A DNA stretch of 32,000 bases from Aquifex aeolicus VF5 (GCF_000008625.1 NC_001880.1:7457-39456), one strand, 5' to 3'; positions 1-8,058 are shown, counted from the first letter of the stretch. A program made the numbers and translations. Notes: generated from the letters alone by a model not told the origin.

Positions 1-1
1 A

Positions 2-523
2 AATCCCTTTGACGTGGACCTTGACCATTTAATAGCGCTTTTTCGGAAGAAAGCAAAAGAACTTAAGGGCTCCGAATACATGCTCGAAGCGGGAAAATTT
101 CTGGAGGCTTCTTCAAAACTCCTTTTGCTAAAGCTTGAATACTTCTTTCCCAAGTCCCAAAAAGAAAGGAAGAAGGTAAGTCTGAAGGAAGTTCAAGAAG
201 TATTGATAGAAGAGGGTGAGGAAGACCTTTCCCGTTTTGACACTTCTTTCTTGTGGGAGTATTCTCCTGAAGTCGGGAGACCTAAAAGCTCTAAAGGGGA
301 AAAGCCGAAAATCCTGGAGTGGAGAGAGTTCTGGAAACTCTCAAAAGAGCGCGTTCCACTTCACAGGGAACCGAACTGGCAGGAAGAGGCAAAAAGAGTT
401 TATGAGGAGATAAAGAGGGGAGTGTTCAGGATAAGGAACTTGAGGGACTTCATAGCTTTTCTGTTTGCCTACATGGAGTATGAGGAAGTCCAGAAGGAAG
501 AGCTATTAAGGAGATTACTTTAG
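2..523 (+). CDS. ScpA/kleisin-like protein (short); reading frame is open to the left window edge, GTG at 14 is the first possible start
   Basis: ORF 14..523 with no stop back to position 2. N-terminal FDVDLDHLIALF...LEAGKFLEASSKLLLLKLEYFFP resembles the ScpA N-terminal helices. C-terminal FIAFLFAYMEYEEV resembles the ScpA winged-helix end. By-eye similarity only. Confidence 0.4.
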   Translation, partial: NPFDVDLDHLIALFRKKAKELKGSEYMLEAGKFLEASSKLLLLKLEYFFPKSQKERKKVSLKEVQEVLIEEGEEDLSRFDTSFLWEYSPEVGRPKSSKGEKPKILEWREFWKLSKERVPLHREPNWQEEAKRVYEEIKRGVFRIRNLRDFIAFLFAYMEYEEVQKEELLRRLL

Positions 524-612
524 AGTAAAACTTGAGCGGCTACCGAAGGAAGGCTTTTCCGTTTTCGAGAAGGATTGTAATTATTTTCCCAAAAGTCTTT
601 CAACATAGTTTC

Positions 613-834
613 TTATTCGGAAAGTTTCTCCAAAAGATAATCCACAACTTCGGGTTTGAAGTAGTAGAGCCTTTTTCTTCCGCCCAATCTTTTGATGTGC
701 ATGTATTCTTGAGGTATAAAGCCTCTCAAAATCCAGTAGTATATGCCAGACCGTGTTATAGGAATTCCTTTCTTATTTAGTTCCTCTAAAAGTTCGCTCA
801 GGCTTATTAGCTTTTCTTCCGTCATCTGAACCAT
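613..834 (-). CDS. Small excisionase/MerR-like HTH DNA-binding protein, paralog A
   Basis: 73 aa. Shares motifs (RGFIP.E, YYFKPEVVD.L...LS) with the 72 aa ORF 21874..22092. Divergent from a palindrome array and a 318 aa gene, the same layout as the second module. Confidence 0.7.
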   Translation of the reverse strand: MVQMTEEKLISLSELLEELNKKGIPITRSGIYYWILRGFIPQEYMHIKRLGGRKRLYYFKPEVVDYLLEKLSE

Positions 835-887
835 ACTATTAATTTTTCTTCAGTTTTTTAGATTGTCAAAATTTTTGCGATTCAGTG

Positions 888-1265
888 GTTCCGCTAAATT
901 TTGGCGGAACTTACAAATTCCCTTGAAAAATAAAAACTTGACGAAAGCCTTTTCCTGTTCAGTTCTGCTAAAACTTAGCGGAACTATTATCAAGTTCCCC
1001 AAAATCAACGCCTTCATAAGTGGAAGATTTCGGTTCCGCTAAATATATATTGTTGTTGAAATTCCCTTAAAGTTTTGAATTTTTCTACAACAGATTTTCT
1101 TTTAGCGGAACTCACACGTACGCTTATAAGCTCTTTGAAAATCAAAGTCTTGAAATGGGTTATGCGTAGTTCCGCTAACTTTTAGCGGAACTTTAGTCTT
1201 TTACACTTTTCGGAGAAAATTGGAAATCAAGAGTTTGACGTTGTTCCGCTAATATTTGGCGGAAC
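888..1265. repeat. Palindrome (iteron/operator) array, family 1: GTTCCGCTAA-N3-TTAGCGGAAC
   Basis: 23-bp palindromes at 888-910, 962-984, 1169-1191 and 1243-1265. One split palindrome has half-sites at 1033-1043 and 1102-1111, 58 bp apart. Confidence 0.9.
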
Positions 1266-1328
1266 TCTAAATTTTTGATTTACTGAAAATCTGTAATCGG
1301 CTAAATTATTAACGAGAAGGTAATTACC

Positions 1329-2285
1329 GTGAGGGAGGAAGTTGAAAGGAAAATAAAGGAAGTTCTCGGAGTAAAAGAGGAGACTTTAAAGTATGAGGGA
1401 GTTTTCAGACGAAGAAAGAGGAAGGGGGCAAAGGAATACGAATATCTGGAAGCAAAGTTCTATGACATTGAAGAGAAGAAAATTGTAAACGTCCACGTCC
1501 CTGTAAAGAAAGAAAATCTTGTTCTTGAGCTGGACAGGCATTGGAAAGAAAGCAAGAAAAGGGAAAAAGAACTTGAAAAAAGGTTGAAAGAAATAATATC
1601 CGAATACAAAAATCCGGACCTAATAAGAGAAATCCTTGAAAGACTCCTTGAGGAAGGCATTCGGCGAGAAGCAAAAGATTACGCTTATGAAAAATACAAA
1701 AAGGAAGCTCTTGAGCTTTTTGAGAGGTTCAAGCCCTATCTTATCAAGCTAAGAAGGGAAAGACTGAAAAGAATAAACCTTTTGCAAGCACTATACCTTC
1801 TTGCGAATGTAAAGGAAATGTTCCAGGAAAAGGAAGAAGAACTTGAAAAGGTCATGGAAAGAGCGGTAAAAACAATCCTCTTTAGAGACCAAAACCAGAA
1901 ACTTCAGAGTCCTTTGGGAGTCTTGAAAAATGACTTTTTCCTTCCAAAAGAAACTCCTTACGATTTTTTGCTTTCTCGTTTCCTTCAAGCGGAACTCGAA
2001 CCTGTGCTTGAAAAGCTTCTGAAAGCGGAAATAGAAAAAGAAGAGACACAAGAGGCTATGGGAGAAATTGCAGAGTTTCTGACAGAACTTTCTGAAGAAG
2101 CAAAAAGTAGGGTTCTCAAAGTATTTCCATCCTTTTCGCAGTTTTCTAAAGTTTTGTACCGTGAGTGGAAGAAATCCGGACAATCTCTCAAGGATTTTCT
2201 TGTAGATTGGAAAAGCTTTCTCGAGTTCAAAGGAAAAGAAGCTGAAAAGGAAGTTTTGAACGTATTGTCTAAATTGAATTTATAA
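1329..2285 (+). CDS. 318 aa charged, helical protein, paralog A; candidate replication or iteron-associated protein
   Basis: Same length as 22553..23509, with shared blocks LQALYLLANVKE / LQVLYLLANLKE and LKNDFFL...TPYDFLLS.FL. GTG start preceded by GAGAAGG. Function inferred from position next to the iterons only. Confidence 0.75.
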   Translation: MREEVERKIKEVLGVKEETLKYEGVFRRRKRKGAKEYEYLEAKFYDIEEKKIVNVHVPVKKENLVLELDRHWKESKKREKELEKRLKEIISEYKNPDLIREILERLLEEGIRREAKDYAYEKYKKEALELFERFKPYLIKLRRERLKRINLLQALYLLANVKEMFQEKEEELEKVMERAVKTILFRDQNQKLQSPLGVLKNDFFLPKETPYDFLLSRFLQAELEPVLEKLLKAEIEKEETQEAMGEIAEFLTELSEEAKSRVLKVFPSFSQFSKVLYREWKKSGQSLKDFLVDWKSFLEFKGKEAEKEVLNVLSKLNL

Positions 2286-2674
2286 GGTAAGTTATTTAAT
2301 TAACCTTACTTAGTTAACTAAGCTAATTTATTGCCGGTTAAGTAATTTTCGAAAATGTTCTGAAGCTTGTACTCAGAAATCAAATTCCCCTTCAAGTTTT
2401 CCCGGAAACTCCTTAGAGCCTACTATTTATCCAGAGACAGGTAAAGAACCTGACAGAGAAGGGAAAGAGGGTAGATTCTTGCTTTGAGCTTGAAAGCCCT
2501 GCTTTACTCCTTAATCACTAAACGGGAAATGGAAATACCTGATACCACGGTCAAATGATGTAAACTATTGTCAGCAAAGAAGAAAAGGTTGATTATTCAG
2601 AACTGGCTTCCGAGGCTTTCATTTTAAGGGAAAAGTTGAAAGTGATAAAGTAGTTGACAATAAAGGAGTTTGTC

Positions 2675-2980
2675 ATGATATAGCCGAGCAATATAAAAAC
2701 CGAGGAGGACGTAAAGGAAGCAATTAAGGAGATTTTCAAAGATAAGAAGGTTAAGGTTTACCTTTTTGGCTCGAGGGCAAGGGGTGAGAACACACCCAGA
2801 AGCGACCTTAATCTGGGCTTTCTGTCGGATGAGGATATAGGTTATGAGCTTTCTCTTTTGAGGGAAATACTTGAGGAGTCAAACCTTCCCTTCTCGGTTG
2901 ATGTTGTTGACTTATCAAAGGCGGGAAGGGAGTTCAGGGAAATGGTTTTAAAGGAGGGTAAACTTTGGATAAGTTTATAA
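2675..2980 (+). pseudogene. MNT-type minimal nucleotidyltransferase (toxin-antitoxin component) with in-frame TAG at codon 3
   Basis: AGGAG at 2664-2668, ATG 2675, ATA, TAG 2681-2683, then an open frame to TAA 2978-2980. Translation contains YLFGSRARGENTPRSDLNLG (GS...RG...SDxD-like motif with the second Asp replaced by Asn). Not in the ORF track because there is no Met after the TAG. Confidence 0.7.
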
Positions 2981-3018
2981 AGCAATTAGAAGACTTTGAG
3001 AAATCCGTAAGGGAGAAC
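2965..3018 (+). pseudogene. Remnant of the HEPN-type partner of the MNT gene, cut after about 17 codons
   Basis: TTG 2965 follows AGGAGGG and overlaps the MNT stop. (M)DKFIKQLEDFEKSVRE resembles the N-terminus of nucleotidyltransferase substrate-binding / HEPN proteins. Similarity stops where the IS-terminus sequence begins at about 3017. Confidence 0.3.
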
Positions 3019-3076
3019 GCCAAGTTAAGGATTAGAGGAGTGTAGTGATCTAACGAGAATAAAAGAAGCAAGATGA
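3017..3076 (+). mobile_element. IS terminus copy 1 (GCCAAGTTAAGGATTAGAGGAG...GAGAATAAAAG)
   Basis: About 60 nt alignable by eye with 12246-12320 and 12594-12672, which contain the 3' end of a DDE transposase gene. Confidence 0.65.
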
Positions 3077-3140
3077 GATTTGTTGCATTTTGGCCAAGTT
3101 GGCAATTTTGCAACGAATTTGCGAGGTTAAAATCATTTTT

Positions 3141-3437
3141 ATGTGGGAGCTTTTGAAGCTTCTTGAGAGCTACTTTTCTTATCTTGATTACTGGGTAGGA
3201 AAGCAGGAAAGTGAAATCGGGAAAGTACTTGTTTTGCTGGTATTTCTTTTTACGCCTGTTGCGGTATGGAGGGTGTTGGGGAAGAAGTACAGGTTTCTTG
3301 AGAGGTACTTGAGGCTTGTAGCTTTTGTAATGTTTATTGCGACGGGGGCTTACGTTTTTCATCGGTATTTTGAGGTAGGTTTGCTTTGGGGACTCGTGCT
3401 TTCGTCTAAAGTTTACGAGTTTTTATGGAGTGACTAG
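3141..3437 (+). CDS. Hypothetical small membrane protein
   Basis: ORF 3090..3437. The internal ATG at 3141 avoids the IS-derived sequence. Hydrophobic segments VLVLLVFLFTPVAVW and LVAFVMFIATGAYVF. Confidence 0.35.
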   Translation: MWELLKLLESYFSYLDYWVGKQESEIGKVLVLLVFLFTPVAVWRVLGKKYRFLERYLRLVAFVMFIATGAYVFHRYFEVGLLWGLVLSSKVYEFLWSD

Positions 3438-3499
3438 AAGTCTATTTTAAATCCCTTGATTTTCGAGGAAAATCTTAATGGAAGTTTACCCCTAAACTT

Positions 3500-3625
3500 G
3501 GAAAGCTTGAAATACAAGCATTTCCCGAAGAAAGAGGTCTCAAAACTTATTACTACCTGAAACCGCAAGTTGTGGACTACCTTGTAGAAAAGCTTTCCAA
3601 TACTATCAACCGCCTGTATATTTAG
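3500..3625 (+). pseudogene. 3' fragment of a third copy of the excisionase-like HTH gene
   Basis: Translation ...AFPEERGLKTYYYLKPQVVDYLVEKLSNTINRLYI* matches the C-terminus of 613..834 (YYFKPEVVDYLLEKLSE). No N-terminal part or start codon. Confidence 0.6.
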
Positions 3626-3954
3626 ATTTGGAGTATAGGGAAATTATATCCTTTCCATGTTTTTCTATATAGAGAAAGGTAGAGGTCTTTACCGGAAAGT
3701 TCAAGGAGTTCCTTTTCAAACTCCGAGATGTGATATATGCCGTGCTTGAGGTGGAGGAGTTCGTGGGCTATGAGATATCCGAGTTCTTCATCGCTCAGCT
3801 TTGGGATAAGTTCCCTGTTGATGTATATGACCCTCTTCGTCAGGGAAACAGGGGCGAGCTTTCTTTTAAATCTTTTGAGTTCTATCTTGACCTCCCTCTC
3901 TATTCCCAACCTTTCCTTGAGTTCTTTGAGTAAGTTCTCAACCCTCTCCTTCAT
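3622..3954 (-). CDS. Small HExxH zinc-metallopeptidase-like protein (SprT/DUF45/ImmA-type)
   Basis: 110 aa with the motif LIAHELLHLKHGIYH (HExxH followed by a further His). Confidence 0.55.
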   Translation of the reverse strand: MKERVENLLKELKERLGIEREVKIELKRFKRKLAPVSLTKRVIYINRELIPKLSDEELGYLIAHELLHLKHGIYHISEFEKELLELSGKDLYLSLYRKTWKGYNFPILQI

Positions 3955-4210
3955 TTCTCAGCTCTTTTACCATAAGAAGAATTACCTCCTCAACTGCGAA
4001 GTTCACAAGCTCAGCAAGTCGGGATGGCTCCATCTCAAGGGTCAGAATAAGCTCTTCTTTGAGTTTTGCCTTCATTTCCTCCGTTATGAGATTCCTCGAA
4101 AGAAGTTCACCGATAACCTTCTTAAGTCCTTCCGTCTCCCTCAAATTACCTCCTTTACTCTTTACGTACATATAAGTTCCTGAGTATAAGCCAACAGGTA
4201 AGAAATTCAT
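3938..4210 (-). CDS. Hypothetical protein, apparently co-transcribed with the HExxH protein
   Basis: 90 aa ORF overlapping the start of 3622..3954 by 17 nt on the same strand. Confidence 0.45.
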   Translation of the reverse strand: MNFLPVGLYSGTYMYVKSKGGNLRETEGLKKVIGELLSRNLITEEMKAKLKEELILTLEMEPSRLAELVNFAVEEVILLMVKELRNEGEG

Positions 4211-4357
4211 TCAAGGAGTTTGGGAAAAATTCGGACAACTGCCCGTGTAGTAACAGTCAGGACAAAATTTGTGAGGGGAAAGAGAGGTTTATATGTGAGA
4301 TCCTAATTGAATATGTGAAAAAATTAAAAAGTAAGAATCTTAGGGGAGGTTAAAGTC

Positions 4358-5404
4358 ATGAGAAGGGAAATACTTTCAAGAACTCTCCTTCTTTCAAGCC
4401 TATTTGTAGCCGGAGGGTTTCTGACTGCCTGCGGAGGCGGCGGTGGAGGAACAGGAGGAGGAGAGCAGGGTAAGATCACAAACGAGCTACAGGCTAAAGC
4501 CGCTTTAGGTAATTCATTAAGTGCAATACGAAGCAGTGCAGGGTTAACCGAAGATACTCAAACAGGAGTAGGAGCTGCATCTGTAGGGAATAAGGGAGGT
4601 TGGCTTAGGGACGCCTTGAAGCTCTACAAGTCCGCTGCTCCTCAAACGGGAACGCTTGCCTCTCAGCAACAGTATACGTGTGATAACGGAGGTACTGCAA
4701 CCATAGATTACTCTTACGATTCAAATACCAGAACCGCCAGTGCAACTATTACTTTTGATAATTGTGGAAACACTTGCAGTCTAAACAAGTATGTCATATT
4801 CAACGGAACTATGCGTTTCTCCGGGAAAGATATCAATCAAAACTATATCTTGGAAAGCGGCAGCATATCTGTAGATTCCGGATTCTCTTATACCGACCAG
4901 TGTGAGAATGAGGGTGTTTACTTCGAGGGCAACTTCTCAATATCTGTGAAGGGGTATATCCCAAATACTGGGGATATTGAAGACGGAAATAATAACTATA
5001 AAGCCGACCTGACACTCGATGGAGGACCCGTTAAGGTTACAGATGGTTCAAAGTGGGAAAGGGGCTCTTTCGATAACTTGACTTTCTATATTAACGAATA
5101 TTATCCCGCAAGCGCTGATTACGAGTGGAAAGTCAACGGGGGTTTCAGGTATCAAGACAGTTACTGCGTAACAGATCCAGTATACCTCAGCTTCAACACA
5201 ACAAACATCTTCAAGGGCTACAACACGGTTGAGTGTGAATACACAGGAAGACTCTCCGTTAATAACGACCTTATAGTTGCAGAATCCTACGATCCCGATA
5301 GTAAGCCTTCCGAAACGGAAAACTACCTTAAAATCCTCTTTAACGGAAATGTGGTATTCGACAACCTCTGTACCAACTTCAATCCTCCGGATACGTGCAG
5401 CTGA
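4358..5404 (+). CDS. Secreted lipoprotein, Gly-rich linker then Asn/Thr/Tyr/Cys-rich domain
   Basis: Signal peptide plus lipobox (LLLSSLFVAGGFLTAC) followed by GGGGGGTGGGE. GGAGG before the ATG. Confidence 0.8.
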   Translation: MRREILSRTLLLSSLFVAGGFLTACGGGGGGTGGGEQGKITNELQAKAALGNSLSAIRSSAGLTEDTQTGVGAASVGNKGGWLRDALKLYKSAAPQTGTLASQQQYTCDNGGTATIDYSYDSNTRTASATITFDNCGNTCSLNKYVIFNGTMRFSGKDINQNYILESGSISVDSGFSYTDQCENEGVYFEGNFSISVKGYIPNTGDIEDGNNNYKADLTLDGGPVKVTDGSKWERGSFDNLTFYINEYYPASADYEWKVNGGFRYQDSYCVTDPVYLSFNTTNIFKGYNTVECEYTGRLSVNNDLIVAESYDPDSKPSETENYLKILFNGNVVFDNLCTNFNPPDTCS

Positions 5405-5494
5405 TAATTGAGAGCCTCAGCCCCTTTTCTAATAAAGAACCTGAGGAACATAAGAACGGAAAGAACTAAAAGAAGCCAAGAAGGAGCGAAGGAG

Positions 5495-6540
5495 TTACAG
5501 CCCCATCTCCGCCAACCTGTATGAAAAAGTAACCCTTCTCAACTTCTGTTCTGAAGTCTTCCCTGAACCTTTAAATCTTGTTTCGAGCACGTAAACAGCC
5601 TTTTCAGAGCAGTAAACTACATTCGGATAAAGGAAGTTATCATCCTCTACTGCATTTGAGCTGAACCACTCTTTGACTTCTTCAGGTATTGCAAAAGAGT
5701 GATCCTGTAAATAAAGGGCTACGAGTCCCATAACAACGGCCGTAGCCATTGATGTTCCTGCAAAGGGAACATAGTAATGACCTTCGGCACAAATGTAGGG
5801 ATCGGAGTGAGATGAGAATTCTGAATTTGTGCTGCAGATAAAATACCCTCCTGCCACAATGTTTGGTTTTATCCTTCCGTTCCTTGTTGGTCCCCTTGAG
5901 GAAAAGTATGCTATCCTTCCTGCGTTGTAAAATGATTGCGTATCAAGTGGTCTGCTTGCAAAGGCTCCTACCGTTATAACCCTCTTGGAAGTTCCCGGAT
6001 TCGTTACTGTAAAGGTTATCCCTCCTGTAGGATCCCTTTCGTAATGGTCGCTGAAGGAACCGCTACCTGAGATTACCCACATTATCAACCCTGAGTTCAT
6101 TGCACCGCAATTTGTTTCCCAGACCCTCTCATATCCGTTCGTATCCTTTCCCGAATCCACTCCTACGCAGTAATCCGATCCAGGAGCACAGACATCAATT
6201 CTGTATTCGGATCCCTGAATGTACCAGCCCTCTACAAGAAGTAACTCCGTAGTTCACGGATATACGAACTCTATCTTCAACTTCAGTATTACTGGCATGG
6301 ATTCTTTTGCTTCTGTTGTTCCCTAGGGCAGCCACTACAACAAACCCAGACCAGAAACGTTATCTATCTCCTTCTCTAGAAGGGAAGTTCCATCGTGAGA
6401 TCCTGCAAGTGTTTCTACAGCGAGATTTGTAACTGAAGGCATTCCGAGAAGCTCTACATTTTCCTTTATCCATCTCAGCCCTATTATTACATCAGAATTC
6501 GTACATTCCGTAAGTTTATAAACTATCAGGGAAGATGTAA
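5495..6540 (-). pseudogene. Subtilisin-like (S8) serine protease, frameshifted and 5'-truncated
   Basis: ORF 5495..6160 carries the catalytic Ser motif GTSMATAVV. Upstream minus-strand frames give SDVIIGLRWIKEN...SHDGTSLLEKEIDNV and GFVVVAALGNN in two other frames with stops. The Asp/His region is absent. Homology ends at the cassette boundary near 6540. Confidence 0.75.
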
Positions 6541-6574
6541 TCTTTGATTTTCAATAAGTTATTAACCTATTTTA

Positions 6575-6775
6575 AAGCTATCATTAACTCTCGGCAGTGG
6601 AAGTATAGGGCTGTTGTTCAAGCTTGATAGCTTCCTAAAAGTCATTTTGCTTATAGTTGGAGTAGCTTTAACCACAGCTTTTGCAGGGCTTACGATAATC
6701 TTTTACCGAAAAGCTATTGACCTTCTTGAAGAGCTTGAGAAATTAGAAAAGAATAATGAGGCGAAAAATGTATGA
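6575..6775 (+). pseudogene. 5'-truncated paralog of the 89 aa membrane protein 12840..13109 (cassette A)
   Basis: Translation LTLGSGSIGLLFKLDSFLKVILLIVGVALTTAFAGLTIIFYRKAIDLLEELEKLEKNNEAKNV* aligns with the C-terminal two thirds of 12840..13109. No start codon. Confidence 0.55.
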
Positions 6776-6884
6776 TGTAATTGCTTACTTTGGAGCTATT
6801 GCTATTGGGATTATCTTACTGACTATGGCAATTGTGATGCTCAAACTCGCCTTAGAAGAAGGTAAAAAGCCAAAAGCTAAGTAA
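6768..6884 (+). CDS. 38 aa single-TM peptide (MYDVIAYFGAI family)
   Basis: ATG overlaps the upstream stop (ATGTATGA). Paralogs at 15856..15972, 12739..12843 and 7227..7343. Hydrophobic core followed by a Lys-rich tail. Confidence 0.55.
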   Translation: MYDVIAYFGAIAIGIILLTMAIVMLKLALEEGKKPKAK

Positions 6885-6903
6885 AAGAAGGAGAGGAAGT
6901 CTT

Positions 6904-7107
6904 TTGAGACTAAAAAGGGAGACTCTTAAAGAAACAGGAAAGCTTTTCTATGACCTCAGTAAAATTTCCGCAGGTTTGGGGTTGTTGCTTCCTTTCCTTA
7001 AAGGAGAGAACGTAAGCATATTTTCCGCTTTAATTGCACTTTTTTCTTCTCTTGTGTTTTTCGTAATAGGGCTAATTTTAATCAATAAAGGAGCTGAAAA
7101 TGACTGA
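6904..7107 (+). CDS. 67 aa two-TM membrane protein (MRLKRETLKE family)
   Basis: TTG start after GGAGAGGAAG. Paralog 15628..15831 has the same TTG start and the same N-terminus. Confidence 0.6.
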   Translation: MRLKRETLKETGKLFYDLSKISAGLGLLLPFLKGENVSIFSALIALFSSLVFFVIGLILINKGAEND

Positions 7108-7207
7108 CCTAATACTCTACTACCTTATACTTGTCGGAGGGCTGGCTTTAGCAGGATTGGTAGTTTACTTCCTTGCAAACAAGCAGGAAGCTAAAAAGCA
7201 GGGATAA
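7100..7207 (+). CDS. 35 aa single-TM peptide ending NKQEAKKQG
   Basis: ATG overlaps the previous stop by 8 nt, exactly as in the paralog 15528..15635 (ending NKQETEKQG). Confidence 0.5.
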   Translation: MTDLILYYLILVGGLALAGLVVYFLANKQEAKKQG

Positions 7208-7226
7208 GTACCGAAAGATATATGAT

Positions 7227-7343
7227 GTGATAGTCTACTTCGGGGCTATAACTTTAGCGGTCATATTTCTCGTTATGGGCATAGTAATGACAAAATTGAT
7301 GATAGAGGAAAGGAAGAAAAGACAAAAACCCGAAACCAAGTAA
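7227..7343 (+). CDS. Extra copy of the MYDVIAYFGAI-type peptide, with only a GTG start available
   Basis: Frame gives (K)IYDVIVYFGAITLAVIFLVMGIVMTKLMIEERKKRQKPETK*. No in-frame ATG, so it may be degraded. Confidence 0.3.
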   Translation: MIVYFGAITLAVIFLVMGIVMTKLMIEERKKRQKPETK

Positions 7344-7346
7344 GCC

Positions 7347-7692
7347 TTACCTTCTCCAGAACTCCCACCACCTCTTTTGAGGCTTGGCTTCCAGCTTCTT
7401 TATCCTCTCCTGGAGCTCCCTGATGAGTTCGTCTTTCTCCTTTAGCCGTCCTTCAAGTTCCCCTAGTTTGTAGATGGCTTTCTGGAGTTGTTCCTGGGTC
7501 TTTTGATACTCGGAAAATGGAACGATTGCCCCGCTTACAGTTTTTCTCTCTTCGCCTTTGAGTTGTAGATACAGCATTTGTATGGTTCGGCTTACCGCTT
7601 CGGTCTTCAGAAATCCCAAGTGTTCTTGCTATCTCCTGAAGTTCTTGGGTTATCTCTCCCGAAAGTCTAAAGGTCTTTTTAACTCGCTCCAT
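7347..7692 (-). pseudogene. Ribbon-helix-helix (CopG-like) protein with coiled-coil tail, split by a 1-nt frameshift
   Basis: 7453..7692 starts MERVKKTFRLSGEITQELQEIARTLG (RHH beta-strand plus helix). The sequence continues sensibly only in the frame of 7347..7619 (LKTEAVSRTIQMLYL... then a heptad-rich tail). The switch lies near 7612-7625. Confidence 0.6.
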
Positions 7693-7854
7693 AAATCCAT
7701 CTTTAAGGGCGTATGGCTTTTGTATGACTTTTGTCGGGCCTTAAAGCCATACAGGAGGAGCTTGAAATTTCATAGCCATACATAGACGCTTGACTATTAA
7801 GTCCAGGGTTGCATTACGGAAAAGTCAGGTTAAATTATAAATCCGCTACTGTAT

Positions 7855-8055
7855 GAGGGAAGGAACGGGATATCCCAACGAAGGGGAGGTTCCCCGATGA
7901 TGTGGGATGGAAAGTCCCGTTCCTGAAATGAGGTTGGAGTGTTAAGTAACCTGTCCCATCTCCTACATGGAGGTGGGAAAGCCCGCCCTGTGGTGCGGGT
8001 TGGGGTTTCGCTGAAAGGTCCCTCACGTGAGGGACACAATCTAAGCGGAGCCCCT
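7855..8055 (+). ncRNA. Candidate structured ncRNA of unknown class
   Basis: Locally GC-rich island in AT-rich DNA. Nested perfect stems at 7861-7870/7915-7924, 7872-7877/7903-7908 and 7883-7887/7891-7895. A 9-bp stem 7945-7953/7959-7967 has one T-G pair. An 11-bp stem 8002-8012/8044-8054 has two T-G pairs and encloses 8018-8024/8029-8035. The T-G pairs are wobble pairs only if the plus strand is transcribed. Confidence 0.5.
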
Positions 8056-8058
8056 AAA

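Noticed and set aside
216-780. ORFs 216..413 (+) and 532..780 (+)
   Set aside because: The first is an alternative frame inside the ScpA-like ORF. The second is antisense to the conserved HTH gene 613..834. Neither has an SD or recognisable motifs.
1405-2230. Four antisense ORFs inside the 318 aa gene (1405..1674, 1460..1660, 1791..2183, 1985..2230). The same applies to 22689..22892 and 23202..23456 in the paralog.
   Set aside because: These are typical shadow ORFs of AAG/GAA-rich coding sequence (Phe/Leu/Ser-rich). They have no SD and are not conserved between the two paralogous genes.
2934-3362. 142 aa minus-strand ORF
   Set aside because: It runs antisense through the MNT stop region, IS-terminus copy 1 and the 3141..3437 ORF. 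Its C-terminal LLFSLDHYTPLILNLA is just the IS-terminus sequence read in frame.
5405-5494. CCTCAG...CTGAGG inverted repeat between the convergent lipoprotein and subtilase genes, considered as a bidirectional terminator
   Set aside because: The stem is only 6 bp with a roughly 20-nt loop and no flanking T-run. This is too weak to call.
7895-7916. Possible hammerhead core (GATGA ... GAAA ... GTC)
   Set aside because: The CUGAUGA box is not present (CGAUGAU instead), and the required three-stem junction cannot be drawn.
7905-7925. GGAAAGTCCCG resembling the RNase P RNA P4 / CR-I motif (GAGGAAAGUCCGGGC)
   Set aside because: The candidate is only about 200 nt. The other conserved RNase P regions are not recognisable. 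The motif is part of a simple local stem here.
7830-8039. Two overlapping minus-strand ORFs (69 and 63 aa) in the GC-rich island
   Set aside because: They are Pro/Arg/Gly/Ser-rich, unlike every credible protein here, and overlap each other. The region is better explained by nested RNA stems with plus-strand G-U pairs.
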